From Terrimicrobiaceae bacterium (GTDB lineage: Bacteria > Verrucomicrobiota > Verrucomicrobiia > Chthoniobacterales > Terrimicrobiaceae), in assembly GCA_044342325.1 (NCBI GenBank), contig JBIIPZ010000012.1, positions 9,354 through 73,353 on the forward strand: a stretch of 64,000 nt of DNA, read 5' to 3'. The notes under the pieces are model-generated. The model saw only the letters and a list, made by a program, of their open reading frames with translations. It had not been told where the DNA came from and ran no database searches. Below are positions 42,601-51,241 of the stretch, piece after piece. The number at the start of each line of letters is the position of its first letter. Position 1 is the first letter of the stretch. The position numbers and the translations under genes are program-made.

Positions 42601-45600
42601 CGGACGAATTGCCTGCAATAAGAGAATTCCCCAAGGCATTGCCAACGCCATAAACCGCCTCGCCAAGCAGCTCGAAGTGTTCGAGATTGTAAAAAGATGT
42701 GATATCTCGAGATGCGAAGGAAGGCGCCTTGGTCGTGGAGGGCGAGTTGTCGGGTTGGTTGGGTTGGAATTGCTCCAACTCGCTGCCTTGGATCGGGTCG
42801 AAGTTGAAGTAGGTGCGCACGAGATCCGTGCCGCCATCCAATCCAGCGATTTCATTGATCACGCGGTCATTGCGGTCGTTCACGATATAGGTGTCGGATC
42901 CAAGACCGCCATCCATCGTATTTTGACCACTTCCTCCATCGAGCAAATCACCACCGTCCCCGCCGATAAGATAGTCGTTGCCACCCTGGCCGAGCAGAGA
43001 ATCATCGCCCAAAGCCCCGACCAACAGGTTACTGCCAAAATTTCCAATGAGGCTATTTCCATCTGCATTGCCGAGAACATAAAGATTCGCGGACCCCATA
43101 AGGCTGGCGTGCTCGACATTGGCATAAACATTGCCGAGATCGATATCGAAGCCTGCGCCTGTAACAGAACTGAGAGATGAACTGGCAAGATCGAAAAGGC
43201 GGTTCGTCAAGTCTGAGGAAAAAATGCGCCCAGGAGTAAGATTAAAAATCGCGAGATCATCGAGCCCCCCATTATCTGACTCAACAATCACATCGGAAGA
43301 CGAATCGACATAGTAAATGTCGTCGCCACCACCACCTATCATGGAATCTGCTCCTTTACCACCATCCAAAACATCTGCACCGCCAGCCCCTATGAGGGTA
43401 TCCCGGCCGGTGAGAGTATCTTGGTCAATAGACCCCGGAATGCCATTTGTCCCTCCCAGAAGGTTGTCCCCCAGAATATTGCCGACACTATCTCGACCAC
43501 CACCAGCAACGAGATAATCGTTTCCAAGCCCACCCACCAGTGTGTTGGAGGCATTATCGGCAATCACAGTGCCATAGAGTGGAGCCTGAGGGTTTGATGG
43601 CGTTGAGAGACTAAGTTCATAAGTCCCAGTTGAAGGCCCTCCTACTCTGACGGGTATATAGAATTCTCCTGAATCAAATGGCGTGAATTTATAGGCCACT
43701 TCAAACTTGCCGTCATCATAACCATCATAGTTGGAGCTCCACCATACTACTCCCAGAGGATCATTACCATAAGGTGCGGTGAGATACTCACTCGCGCCGT
43801 AAGCAGAATCACCCAGCGAGGTGACTGGGTCAGAAAGAGAAATCCAGCTATTTTCTTTAAAAATCTCATTACCGCTGAGGGTAGCCTTAAGCTTTATTTC
43901 ATAGGTTTCGCCTTGAATAAAGTTGACTCGAATCCAATCTTCATCTCGTCGAAAATCGAATGTTCCCGTAAAGACTTGCCCGTTAGATATCTCTATCGCC
44001 GTGGAGGCATCGTCTGGCAAGTCAGCTTGAGGTTGTCCTCCACCAACAAGAGTGTCGTCACCAGCGTCACCAGAGATGTTATCTGCTCCAAGACCACCAT
44101 AGACTGTATCGTTGCCGAGCCCAGCAGAAATTTGATTGTCACCATCGCTGCCAGTGATCTGATTAGCAATTGAACTACCTTTACCGGAAGTATTTCCATT
44201 TCCAATTAAGAAGAGGTTTTCAATGTTAGAAGTTACCCTATCCAAGGAAAATGAAACTGTGCTTGCGACCGTGTCTTTGTCTCCTAGTTGGGTTCCTGTT
44301 TCGATAATCGTGTAGGCCGTTTGGGAGTTTACCACATACCAATCACTGCCGTTACCGCCGACTAAAGTATCACTTCCTCCACCAACTCGAAGAGCAACTC
44401 CCAATGCACCGATCGGAGTGGTTGTCCACTGGTTTACGAGAAGCGTGTCATTGCCAGAACCACCAAACAAGCTATCGCTGGTGCTTCCGCCGAAGATGTA
44501 GTCATCACCACCACCTCCATCAATGGTGTTCCGAAAGAGGAATCCCCCATAGATAGCGTTGTTTATCGAGTTTCCAGTAAGTTTGGAGGATGAGCCACCT
44601 GTATAGACCAAATCTTCAACGTTGTCGAAAGCCGCAATACTGTAAGTTGAAAGCGCGGTTGACACTGTATCTTCGCCACCGTTGGCCCCCGAGCCCTCAA
44701 GAACAAAAGCAGAGGAACTTTGGGCATAAAAGACATCGTCTCCATCTCCTCCAACAAGTGTATCAGCGGCACCGCCAAAAATACTATCTGCTTCGGCGCC
44801 GCCTGTGAGCACATTTGCCAATCCATTACCTGTGAGTGTCGCGGATCCAATTCCTGTAAAAGTCAAGTTCTCGACATTCTCCGCAGCAAAGTCCAAGAGG
44901 GATGACACATTGAGAATCGTTTCGATGGTATCCGAGCCTTGATTTGGAGACTCGATGACAACATCCAATGCATCACGGAGCACATAAGTATCATTGCCCA
45001 CACCGCCGATGAGGGTGTCGCTGACTAAGTCTAGGCCGCCGTCGAGTTTGTTATTTCCCGAATTGCCAGAGATGACATTGGCTTTGAGATTGCCTGTGCC
45101 GTTGATGTTGGCACTGCCCGTGAGAACGAGGTTCTCAATCGTAGAGTGGCTAGCGAGGGAGAAGGTGACGGAGGATTCAACTGTATCGGTGCCATCGTTT
45201 GGGTCTTCGATGCGCACATCTTGGCTGATGACGGCGAAGGTATCGTTGCCGCGCGAACCAATGAGCCGGTCGCCAGCGGCTTTCTGCGGGATTCTGGCGC
45301 CATCTTGGGTGGCGTAGATGATGTTTTCCTGGAGCTTCGGGTTGCTGCTTGAGCCACCCACCTCAGCGTAGCCGGGGCCACCGCCGCTGTTGGAGGCACC
45401 TCCTTTGCTACTACCGCGTTTTTTGCGTCCGGACCTACTGGAGGATTTACCGGATTTGCTGGAACCGCGTGATTTGCGGGCGGCCTCGACGAGGAGTTGC
45501 CGTCCTTGAAGGTAAAGCGGGGCGAGCGAGTCATCGCTCGAAGCGTCACATAGCGGGAGACCGAGAACAGCGGCGGCAAAGAGGGCGCCTTCCTCACCTG

Positions 45601-45961
45601 GTGTTTCTTCGGAGCAAAGTTCTTGATCGAGGAAGTGGCCAATCTCTTCGATGAGGACACCGGAGAGGAGTTCAGTAGGGCAGTCAGCGGAGAGGTAAAT
45701 CTCGCGGGTGTCGCGGCTGTAGCCGCCCCAGAGACCGGGCATATCGGCTGCGGGAAGTGTGTGGATAGCAGGAAGGAAGGAAAAGTCGGCCCGACGGAAG
45801 GCAGCGAGATGCTTGAAGGCGGACGCCCAGTTCAAGCGAGAGCCGAAGATGCTTTCCAGATCAGCTTCGGCAGAGAGACTGGAGGCCCAAAGAGAAAGGG
45901 GCTGCAGGAGATTTTTCAGAGTGGAAGGGACAATACCCTTGGGGAATTCGGGTGCGGACAT
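39647..45961 (-). CDS. Giant RTX/hemolysin-type Ca-binding protein (2104 aa), probable T1SS substrate
   Basis: Many GGxGxDxL nonapeptides and IENLxLxG..GN motifs; PPC-like and FN3-like segments; N-terminal LIEEIGH domain. Confidence 0.9.
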   Translation of the reverse strand: MSAPEFPKGIVPSTLKNLLQPLSLWASSLSAEADLESIFGSRLNWASAFKHLAAFRRADFSFLPAIHTLPAADMPGLWGGYSRDTREIYLSADCPTELLSGVLIEEIGHFLDQELCSEETPGEEGALFAAAVLGLPLCDASSDDSLAPLYLQGRQLLVEAARKSRGSSKSGKSSSRSGRKKRGSSKGGASNSGGGPGYAEVGGSSSNPKLQENIIYATQDGARIPQKAAGDRLIGSRGNDTFAVISQDVRIEDPNDGTDTVESSVTFSLASHSTIENLVLTGSANINGTGNLKANVISGNSGNNKLDGGLDLVSDTLIGGVGNDTYVLRDALDVVIESPNQGSDTIETILNVSSLLDFAAENVENLTFTGIGSATLTGNGLANVLTGGAEADSIFGGAADTLVGGDGDDVFYAQSSSAFVLEGSGANGGEDTVSTALSTYSIAAFDNVEDLVYTGGSSSKLTGNSINNAIYGGFLFRNTIDGGGGDDYIFGGSTSDSLFGGSGNDTLLVNQWTTTPIGALGVALRVGGGSDTLVGGNGSDWYVVNSQTAYTIIETGTQLGDKDTVASTVSFSLDRVTSNIENLFLIGNGNTSGKGSSIANQITGSDGDNQISAGLGNDTVYGGLGADNISGDAGDDTLVGGGQPQADLPDDASTAIEISNGQVFTGTFDFRRDEDWIRVNFIQGETYEIKLKATLSGNEIFKENSWISLSDPVTSLGDSAYGASEYLTAPYGNDPLGVVWWSSNYDGYDDGKFEVAYKFTPFDSGEFYIPVRVGGPSTGTYELSLSTPSNPQAPLYGTVIADNASNTLVGGLGNDYLVAGGGRDSVGNILGDNLLGGTNGIPGSIDQDTLTGRDTLIGAGGADVLDGGKGADSMIGGGGDDIYYVDSSSDVIVESDNGGLDDLAIFNLTPGRIFSSDLTNRLFDLASSSLSSVTGAGFDIDLGNVYANVEHASLMGSANLYVLGNADGNSLIGNFGSNLLVGALGDDSLLGQGGNDYLIGGDGGDLLDGGSGQNTMDGGLGSDTYIVNDRNDRVINEIAGLDGGTDLVRTYFNFDPIQGSELEQFQPNQPDNSPSTTKAPSFASRDITSFYNLEHFELLGEAVYGVGNALGNSLIAGNSSALLLGMGGEDTLLGSGGDDTLYGDTPDFYASPDLYASAPQDTRTQAFLNGVIGSGGSDYLDGGSGNNYLDGGRGFDTMIGGDGNDTFIQDNVDDYIVAGGGANELISSVNINQAPDGISKLMLVVANQADSGQTEVASFVSFLGTKNGNNRSEALKMGNISLSVTDANTLELMYAPREGEVFIDGDLIKGPQEADLANLGKFQYELSWTSGVNAETDVVGYVVKYKRLTTDGATPFVDADGNDDIWHTYVNGKSQDFQGSRTNPILTVTNLDEGTYDFKVTAIERTIPALQDRSAAQHVTLQGGAGNDAVFGTRLTRGLPGAQGFDIMKEWGDYLTDPLLQNNPNYPMPLGLIFNSAPYDPQFGMPSRFASYLDGGFGNDLLMGEFVKDLSGEDYVFQGVTFKGLNTLVGGQGSDTFVVMNGGNAIGDEFDWVVKYGNETPVVTQTGNVGSSLNGGQHNLIVSGVEYLTLSDTLVHQGKFIDQLALAFSGQFGMGNRLDNYIYDAKPLSGQNNNTLVGNTGRDSIVGASKGDVLIGGTAYRLDQVGLAIRDFASVADGGNGFKNSIFRDTDPIPAGLNGPGAADPSQFWFVPGFYEYGDVYDPNRNRDTLIAEVAGITLDGGAGADSLVGSGPGDDLDTVSGGGGGDMFIVSQGSGGKFAKNINFGDVVIGNGGNDTITFTDSDYLWWGGHLEDAVLEMHGYTITEDISNLVLQMGAPTARNATGNSNSTGNDHADWFSEIGSNLIIGNEFDNIIDGGGVGGKENVGGFDTLTGGLGSDLFVISGYTGASNNKWAPAITDYKDGDNVGNSEWDITTSEYTDADFVVIADFTPNQDFLSLANAADQYWIGVAPTGYKIDNVRPLTGASLPDATNFGIYKAGTYGSKTGAPDLVAQIKLAGGITLNTAALDFVTEPSTPAEPGTLVLTGEKSDVMLGWGSFWKMDGALFSDGSNFNDRLKTNAIFEDTIQTASTASLSDLMTKIDF

Positions 45962-46097
45962 GATGCGTTAGATTCTTATATCGAAAAAATGTTCAAAAAG
46001 GAAAGGAGGAAATCGGATTTTTTGGGTAAAATGATGGGCGGCAAAATGAGTGAAACAGATGCTTCAGAGCAGCCCTCGTGCCAAGCGCAGTGACGCC

Positions 46098-46219
46098 TGT
46101 AGCGGCGACTCAGTGAGCGCCGAAGGGATGGGTAGAATCATTGATGGCAGAATGATTTTTTGGGGCCTGTAGCGGCTGTCTGTGACTGCCGTCTGGTATC
46201 GGCGTCTCTATGAGCGCCG
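46098..46219. repeat. GTAG-type REP copies (three, partly degenerate)
   Basis: tgtagcggcgactcagtgagcgccg, tgtagcggctgtctgtgactgccg, gtatcggcgtctctatgagcgccg. Confidence 0.8.
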
Positions 46220-46479
46220 AGAGTTTGACAGAATCATTGATGACAGAATGATTTTTTTGGCGATAGCAGGTGGTTTGGGAATTTTCCAAATTCTGTTAAT
46301 TCTGTCCAAAAAAGCACCACGCGGTTGGGCAGAGCGAGAGGCTCTCACGGAGGCGCGGAGACACGGAGGGGTTAGATATGTAAACCACGAATTTTTCGAA
46401 TGAACACGAATAATATCGGCAATGAAATCCTCCGCCGAGGCCGCACACAATTTGTGCAAAGTATTTTCCAAGAGCAATA

Positions 46480-46719
46480 TTATGGATTCACGAGCTCCTC
46501 GGCCGACAAGCTCCAATCCTTGGAGATGTGGAATTTTACTTTGCCGGCAAGCGTGCCGAGTTTCCGCTTCCCAGCTGGACGCGGAGGAGGAGAAAACAAA
46601 GCAACCGGTTTTCTGCTTCGCCCATAGGTGATGCAAACAGATCCACCACGGGAGACGACCTCCAAAGCTTCCGAAAAGCGTGATTTAAATTCCCCCACAG
46701 GAAGCTGAAGAGTTTCCAT
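46480..46719 (-). CDS. Phd/YefM family antitoxin (orphan)
   Basis: LPVGEFKSRFSEALEVV..G..V.IT....KPVA, RKLGTLAGKV...DW. Confidence 0.82.
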   Translation of the reverse strand: METLQLPVGEFKSRFSEALEVVSRGGSVCITYGRSRKPVALFSPPPRPAGKRKLGTLAGKVKFHISKDWSLSAEELVNP

Positions 46720-46919
46720 ATCCGGAACCAAAGCCTCTGTCGGAAAACTTGTCAAGTTGTCATGATGCGAACGGCGCTCAAGGGGGCGATCAACTCGAGA
46801 ATGATATCAATTACCCCTGAAATCCCGAACCTATAAGGGATTTGTATTGCAACATCTTCTGCAATGATTTTGCCGTCCATGATTTTGCCAGAAAAAGCCG
46901 AGAGTCGAGAGCCTACGCC

Positions 46920-46987
46920 CGGCGGTCATAGACACGCCGCTACAGGATGCACACAGCGAGCCCGGCGGTCATAGACACGCCGCTACA
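46920..46987 (-). repeat. Two tandem GTAG-type REP copies
   Basis: cggcggtcatagacacgccgctaca occurs twice. Confidence 0.85.
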
Positions 46988-47005
46988 GGAGCCGGTCGGA
47001 TGATT

Positions 47006-48886
47006 TTAACCGAAGAGGGAGCGGATTTTATTTCTTAAGAGATAGGTGGCGCAGAGAACAAAGAGGCCTGGGAGCGTCCACGGGAGGGGCTGTGGGAGAG
47101 GGATGTCGCCGACGCGGATGTTGAATTCGCTTCCATCCATGCGAGTCGTGTTGGACGTTTTAGCGATGATCCGGATTTTGTGGTAGCCGGGCGAGAGAGC
47201 CGGGATGCAGGCCTGCCAGCGTCCATCGGGAAGCTTTTGGATTTTGGCGGTGGAGTGGTCGAGGGGAGTCCACAGGGGCTGGAGGGATTGCCGAGGGAGG
47301 TCCTCTGGGGTCGGCAGGGTGCGATCGAAAGGATTTTTGTCGAAGAAGCCCTTTCGCTGCCGCTCTTCGCGTTGGATGATGAACTCGAGTGGCTCGGGAC
47401 CTTCGTAGCTCCAAGAAACGATAGCAGCGGCGGTGCGGCGGCTTGGGAAAAAAGCAGCCCAATGAAGTTCCGGCTCGAGACGGTAGGAGAAGTCCCTCGG
47501 CATGCGCTTGCGGAGTGCTTCCTGCTCTTCCTTGGTGAGAACTTTGGGAGGCGTGGGGGATGGCGAGGCGCCGGGATTGGGCGCGGGGGATGGCGAGGGT
47601 GTAGGTGCGGCAGATGGCAACTGGACATCGGCTTGCCATGAGGCTCGAAGAGGGGGCAGGCCCGTGGTCTCTGCAACCAGCACGGCCTCAGCCAAGCCCG
47701 GCGTGTCGGGAAATTTCCAGGTAGCGTTGACCGTCAAACTTTCACCCGCAGCAATGGCAAGGTTGACAGGTTGACCTTGCGCGAGTGAAAGCTCGCCATC
47801 GCCAGCGGTCCGGATAACGGCTCTGGCTGGGCCGCTGCCGGTGTTGCGGAGATTTGCAGCCATTGAAACCGTGCGACCGGGGGTCGTGATACCGAGTTGG
47901 TTTTTCCCAACGATCTCCCACTCGAGACGCGATGGAGGTGGAGGCAAATCGACGCGGATGTCGTGGTTGGCAGCTTCGTCACTGACTGTAACCAAGACAC
48001 TCTTTTCGGCAAAGGGACGGGCGGGGAGCTTAAGCGCCAGCTCGCCGGAGGATTCAGGCGGGAGCGTGATGGAGTCGGGTGCTTCGAGCGGAGGCGGGCA
48101 ATGAATGCTGATGGGGAGCGGCACGGCGGTGAGGTTTTTGATGGGAATGCGCAGTTCCTTGGCACCAATGCACTGCTCGAAGGCGGCTTTATCCGGCGCT
48201 TCGAAACGGCTCTCGCCTAGCCCTTGGAGGGAAATTTCGGGAAATGGCTTGGTGCCGGATTCGAAGACAAGGCTACCGCGTTGTGTGTCGGTGGAGACCG
48301 GATCGAAGGTGACCAGGATTTTTTTGCTCTCGCCTTCTGCAAGCACAAGGTCGGCAGAGTCAGCGATCCTCCAAGGCTCGCCGACCTTAAATCGGCCTCG
48401 TAATTTGGCGCCGCCGGAGTTCTTGATGAGGATTGGCAGGGTGCGGGATTCGCCGAGGAAAACAGAACCGAAGTCGAGTGATGCCATATCGGCTGCGAAG
48501 CGCGGTGGAGGTTCCTCGACGAGGATCGTGACCTTGGCATAGCCCCAGGCTTTTTGCGGACCGGATTTGCATTTGAAGCGGAAGGAATCCTGGGAGGAGT
48601 TTTTCTTCCCGTCGTGGGTGTAAAAGTAGGAAACCGAGGATTTGGAATTTCGTTGCGGACCGGAGAGCGAGCCGGAGCGGGGTTGGGAGAGGATTTCAAA
48701 CTTCACATCGTAGCCCTGCGGAGAGATCGCGCGGAGCGGCACTTCGCAGGTTCCTCCGCGAAGAACTTTCACGGTGACGTCGTAGACGACAGTGGGATCG
48801 ACGGGCGGAATATCGTCTTTTTTTGGTGCTGCCGAAAGGAACAAAGGGAAAAAAAAGAGAAGGAGGCAAATAATCCAGAGGCTCAT
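47006..48886 (-). CDS. Surface protein with Ig-like (Big_9 / choice-of-anchor D-like) domains, Pro-rich linker and C-terminal TM
   Basis: Signal peptide MSLWIICLLL; LDFGSVFLGESRT..I.IKNSG motif; PTPSPSP linker. The longer ORF start is a REP read-through. Confidence 0.75.
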   Translation of the reverse strand: MSLWIICLLLFFFPLFLSAAPKKDDIPPVDPTVVYDVTVKVLRGGTCEVPLRAISPQGYDVKFEILSQPRSGSLSGPQRNSKSSVSYFYTHDGKKNSSQDSFRFKCKSGPQKAWGYAKVTILVEEPPPRFAADMASLDFGSVFLGESRTLPILIKNSGGAKLRGRFKVGEPWRIADSADLVLAEGESKKILVTFDPVSTDTQRGSLVFESGTKPFPEISLQGLGESRFEAPDKAAFEQCIGAKELRIPIKNLTAVPLPISIHCPPPLEAPDSITLPPESSGELALKLPARPFAEKSVLVTVSDEAANHDIRVDLPPPPSRLEWEIVGKNQLGITTPGRTVSMAANLRNTGSGPARAVIRTAGDGELSLAQGQPVNLAIAAGESLTVNATWKFPDTPGLAEAVLVAETTGLPPLRASWQADVQLPSAAPTPSPSPAPNPGASPSPTPPKVLTKEEQEALRKRMPRDFSYRLEPELHWAAFFPSRRTAAAIVSWSYEGPEPLEFIIQREERQRKGFFDKNPFDRTLPTPEDLPRQSLQPLWTPLDHSTAKIQKLPDGRWQACIPALSPGYHKIRIIAKTSNTTRMDGSEFNIRVGDIPLPQPLPWTLPGLFVLCATYLLRNKIRSLFG

Positions 48887-48891
48887 TGTCC

Positions 48892-49115
48892 TGTAGCGGC
48901 GCTCTGTGAGCGCCGGGCACGCTCGGCGGTCATAGACCGCCGCTACAACCTGTAGCGGCGCTCTGTGAGCGCCGGGTTCGTTTTTCCTTCGGCGGTCATA
49001 GACCGCCGCTACAGAAAAACGGGCCATCGTCGTTGGACGGTCATAGACCGCCCTGTAGCGACGCTCTGTGAGCGTCGGCTCGTTTTTCCTTCGGCGGTCA
49101 TAGACCGCCGCTACA
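48892..49115. repeat. REP array downstream of RAYT (three REPINs plus one partial REP)
   Basis: Repeated tgtagcggcgctctgtgagcgccg / cggcggtcatagaccgccgctaca pairs. Confidence 0.93.
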
Positions 49116-49125
49116 GGTTTCGTCT

Positions 49126-49560
49126 TCATTTGCGATACTCCAAATCGTGAATTTCGCCTGCGTAGGGCCACTCCTCGGGGATTGCGACCAATCCGGCGCG
49201 AACGGGATTCTCACGCACATAGTCCCACTTTTGCGAATAGGACTCACCGCTGCGGAGCAGATGGTCAAAGAAACCCTTCTGCCAGTGCGGAGCATCACAT
49301 CCAAGCGAGCGCAGAGTTTTCGACAGCGTGTTCTTCAGGGATTTTACCCAGTTGGACAATGAGATTTCAACGACACTCACAAACAGGTGCAGGTGATCCG
49401 GCATGAGCACATAGCGCCCAATCCATGCGCCGTGCTGTGGCGAATTCAGACAAAATGTCCGAAACGCATCATGCACCGGCTCGCAATCAAGGATTGGTCG
49501 GCGGTTCAATGTGCAAGTAGTGATGAAATAAATTGGCGCGTCAACGAAGACATGATCCAA
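49126..49560 (-). CDS. REP-associated tyrosine transposase (RAYT/TnpA-REP, HUH Y1); start codon uncertain
   Basis: YFITTCT, YVLMPDHLH (HUH), WQKGFFDHLLR, YVRENPVRAGLV, WPY; flanked on both sides by REP arrays. Confidence 0.92.
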   Translation of the reverse strand: MDHVFVDAPIYFITTCTLNRRPILDCEPVHDAFRTFCLNSPQHGAWIGRYVLMPDHLHLFVSVVEISLSNWVKSLKNTLSKTLRSLGCDAPHWQKGFFDHLLRSGESYSQKWDYVRENPVRAGLVAIPEEWPYAGEIHDLEYRK

Positions 49561-49593
49561 GCGGCGAAGCCGCGGTTTCTTTAGCGACTGCTC

Positions 49594-49906
49594 TGTAGCG
49601 GCGTCTCTATGAGCGCCGGTTTCGTTATCTATTCGGCGGTCGCAGACGGCAGCTACAACCTGTAGCGGCTCTCTGTGAGCGCCGTGTTCGTTTTCCGTTC
49701 GGCGGTCACAGACCGCCGCTACAATGGGAGCGAATTCGTTTTCCTCCGGCGGTCGCAGACCGCCGCTACAACGGACTGGTTTGTGCTGCAGCGCCTCTGT
49801 GAGCGCCGGTGATTTTCGGCGGTCATAGACCGCCGCTACAGCCTGCATATCGCCGCTACAAACGCCGGTTTCGTTTTCCGTTCGGCGGTCGCAGACCGCC
49901 GCTACA
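49594..49906. repeat. REP array upstream of RAYT
   Basis: About eight full or partial GTAG-type REPs with a recurring ttcgttttccgtt spacer. Confidence 0.93.
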
Positions 49907-49928
49907 GGGGGGGGCGATTTGTGAGTGC

Positions 49929-50420
49929 TCACTGGGGGGCGGGTTCGACGGTGCCGTTTTGGCGGACGAGAAGGTTGCCCCTGCCGTGGGCGTTGCCGAT
50001 TTCGATGAACCATGGCATTTGCGCGTTTTTGTTGGCATTGCCGGGTTGAGCTGAAAAGGGAGTTGGTAGGTAGTGGATCAGCGGCCGGTCAGCTTCGGGG
50101 GATGATCTGAAAAGCCTAGTGATCGTGGGACATCGCCATGTTTTTTCCGAGAGGCCGAGGTCTTTTTTCGTCTGCTCAAGCCACCAGCGCTGCTCTTCAT
50201 TGGAACCTAGAGCGATTCCTTTGGGTATTTGCGGCCATCCATCTGTGGCATAACCAGAAAAGGCAGCCCTGAGGCTGCGGAGATTGTTCATGCAGACAAC
50301 CATCTCTGCTTTTGGACTGATTTTTTCTAACGCAGGATAAATCGTCGCAACAAGGATAAGCACGATGCTTACGGCCGCCAGCATCTCCAAGAGGGTGAAG
50401 GCGCGTGCGGCGCGGTGCAT
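49929..50420 (-). CDS. Prepilin-type N-terminal cleavage/methylation protein (PVC-type)
   Basis: AFTLLEML hydrophobic helix, CMNNLR, C-terminal H-x9-NG variant of H-x9-DG. Confidence 0.85.
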   Translation of the reverse strand: MHRAARAFTLLEMLAAVSIVLILVATIYPALEKISPKAEMVVCMNNLRSLRAAFSGYATDGWPQIPKGIALGSNEEQRWWLEQTKKDLGLSEKTWRCPTITRLFRSSPEADRPLIHYLPTPFSAQPGNANKNAQMPWFIEIGNAHGRGNLLVRQNGTVEPAPQ

Positions 50421-50447
50421 CGGGAGATTGTGAGAACCTCGAAAACT

Positions 50448-51164
50448 TTAAGGAACCAAGACAGAAAATTCGTTCACCGAAGGAGGTCTTACATCTGCAG
50501 TGGAAAATGTGCTGGAGGTATTCGAAAGGCGAACGCCTGAGACGGATATCGGAATGCTGACAGCATCAAGGAATGGCGTGGTGCCAGAAAAATTAAGTTG
50601 TTGAAATTGAGCTTCCCCAGACCCACTAAACTTCTGGTTGGGAAATGCATTGGAGGCTTTGCACTCAGCGTAACCATTCAAGTAAAGGGAATCGAAGTAG
50701 AGGATTTGTTCAGTAGTTTGGAACGTTGTGGTCGAGGTATTAGTGACAACGCCGTTCGATGTAGACGTTCCAAATGTGGTTACAGGAGTTTGCACACTAA
50801 TTGAGTTTTGACCTTGACCTTGAACATCTGCCTGAAAATTGACCTCCATGGTTGAAGCTTGGGAATTGTAAGATCCTTGCGAATTGCCGAGATAGGTATC
50901 CCCATCGTAGTAAATCGTGGAAACGCCTGTGGAGCCGGCACCTGTTTCGCCCGAACCAGAAGTGGTGCTGAATTGAACTGTTCCACTCAGATTCTCCCCG
51001 CGCACGACGGCGGAAAAAGTGCCGTCATTGGGAAAATAGCTGCCGTTGCTGAAAGGTCCTCCTGGAGCGCCTCCGAAGGCGCAGGCTTCAGGAGCTAAAG
51101 TGAACTGGAGCATCGCGACGAGAGAACCAATGAGCAGAGGAGCGAGTGTGGAGGTTTTTTTCAT
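50448..51164 (-). CDS. Secreted Ser/Thr/Gly-rich beta protein
   Basis: Signal peptide; GGPFSNGSYF N-terminal motif. Confidence 0.7.
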   Translation of the reverse strand: MKKTSTLAPLLIGSLVAMLQFTLAPEACAFGGAPGGPFSNGSYFPNDGTFSAVVRGENLSGTVQFSTTSGSGETGAGSTGVSTIYYDGDTYLGNSQGSYNSQASTMEVNFQADVQGQGQNSISVQTPVTTFGTSTSNGVVTNTSTTTFQTTEQILYFDSLYLNGYAECKASNAFPNQKFSGSGEAQFQQLNFSGTTPFLDAVSIPISVSGVRLSNTSSTFSTADVRPPSVNEFSVLVP

Positions 51165-51241
51165 GGTTGGGATTTGTTGATTAATAGTAAAATGAGTGTT
51201 GCGAAGTCAAAAAGAAATTGGCGATGGAGAAATTTAGCTCT

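Noticed and set aside
46390..46479. Decayed VapC toxin downstream of the orphan antitoxin
   Set aside because: Only a vague ILLLENT resemblance, with no start codon or PIN acidic residues.
48887..49171. N-terminal VAAVYDRR repeats on the 721-aa ORF
   Set aside because: Translated REP DNA; a signal peptide begins at 48886.
48892..49906. Repeat arrays as a CRISPR array
   Set aside because: The repeats alternate in orientation, spacers are short and recurrent, no cas genes are present, and a RAYT is adjacent. These are REPs.
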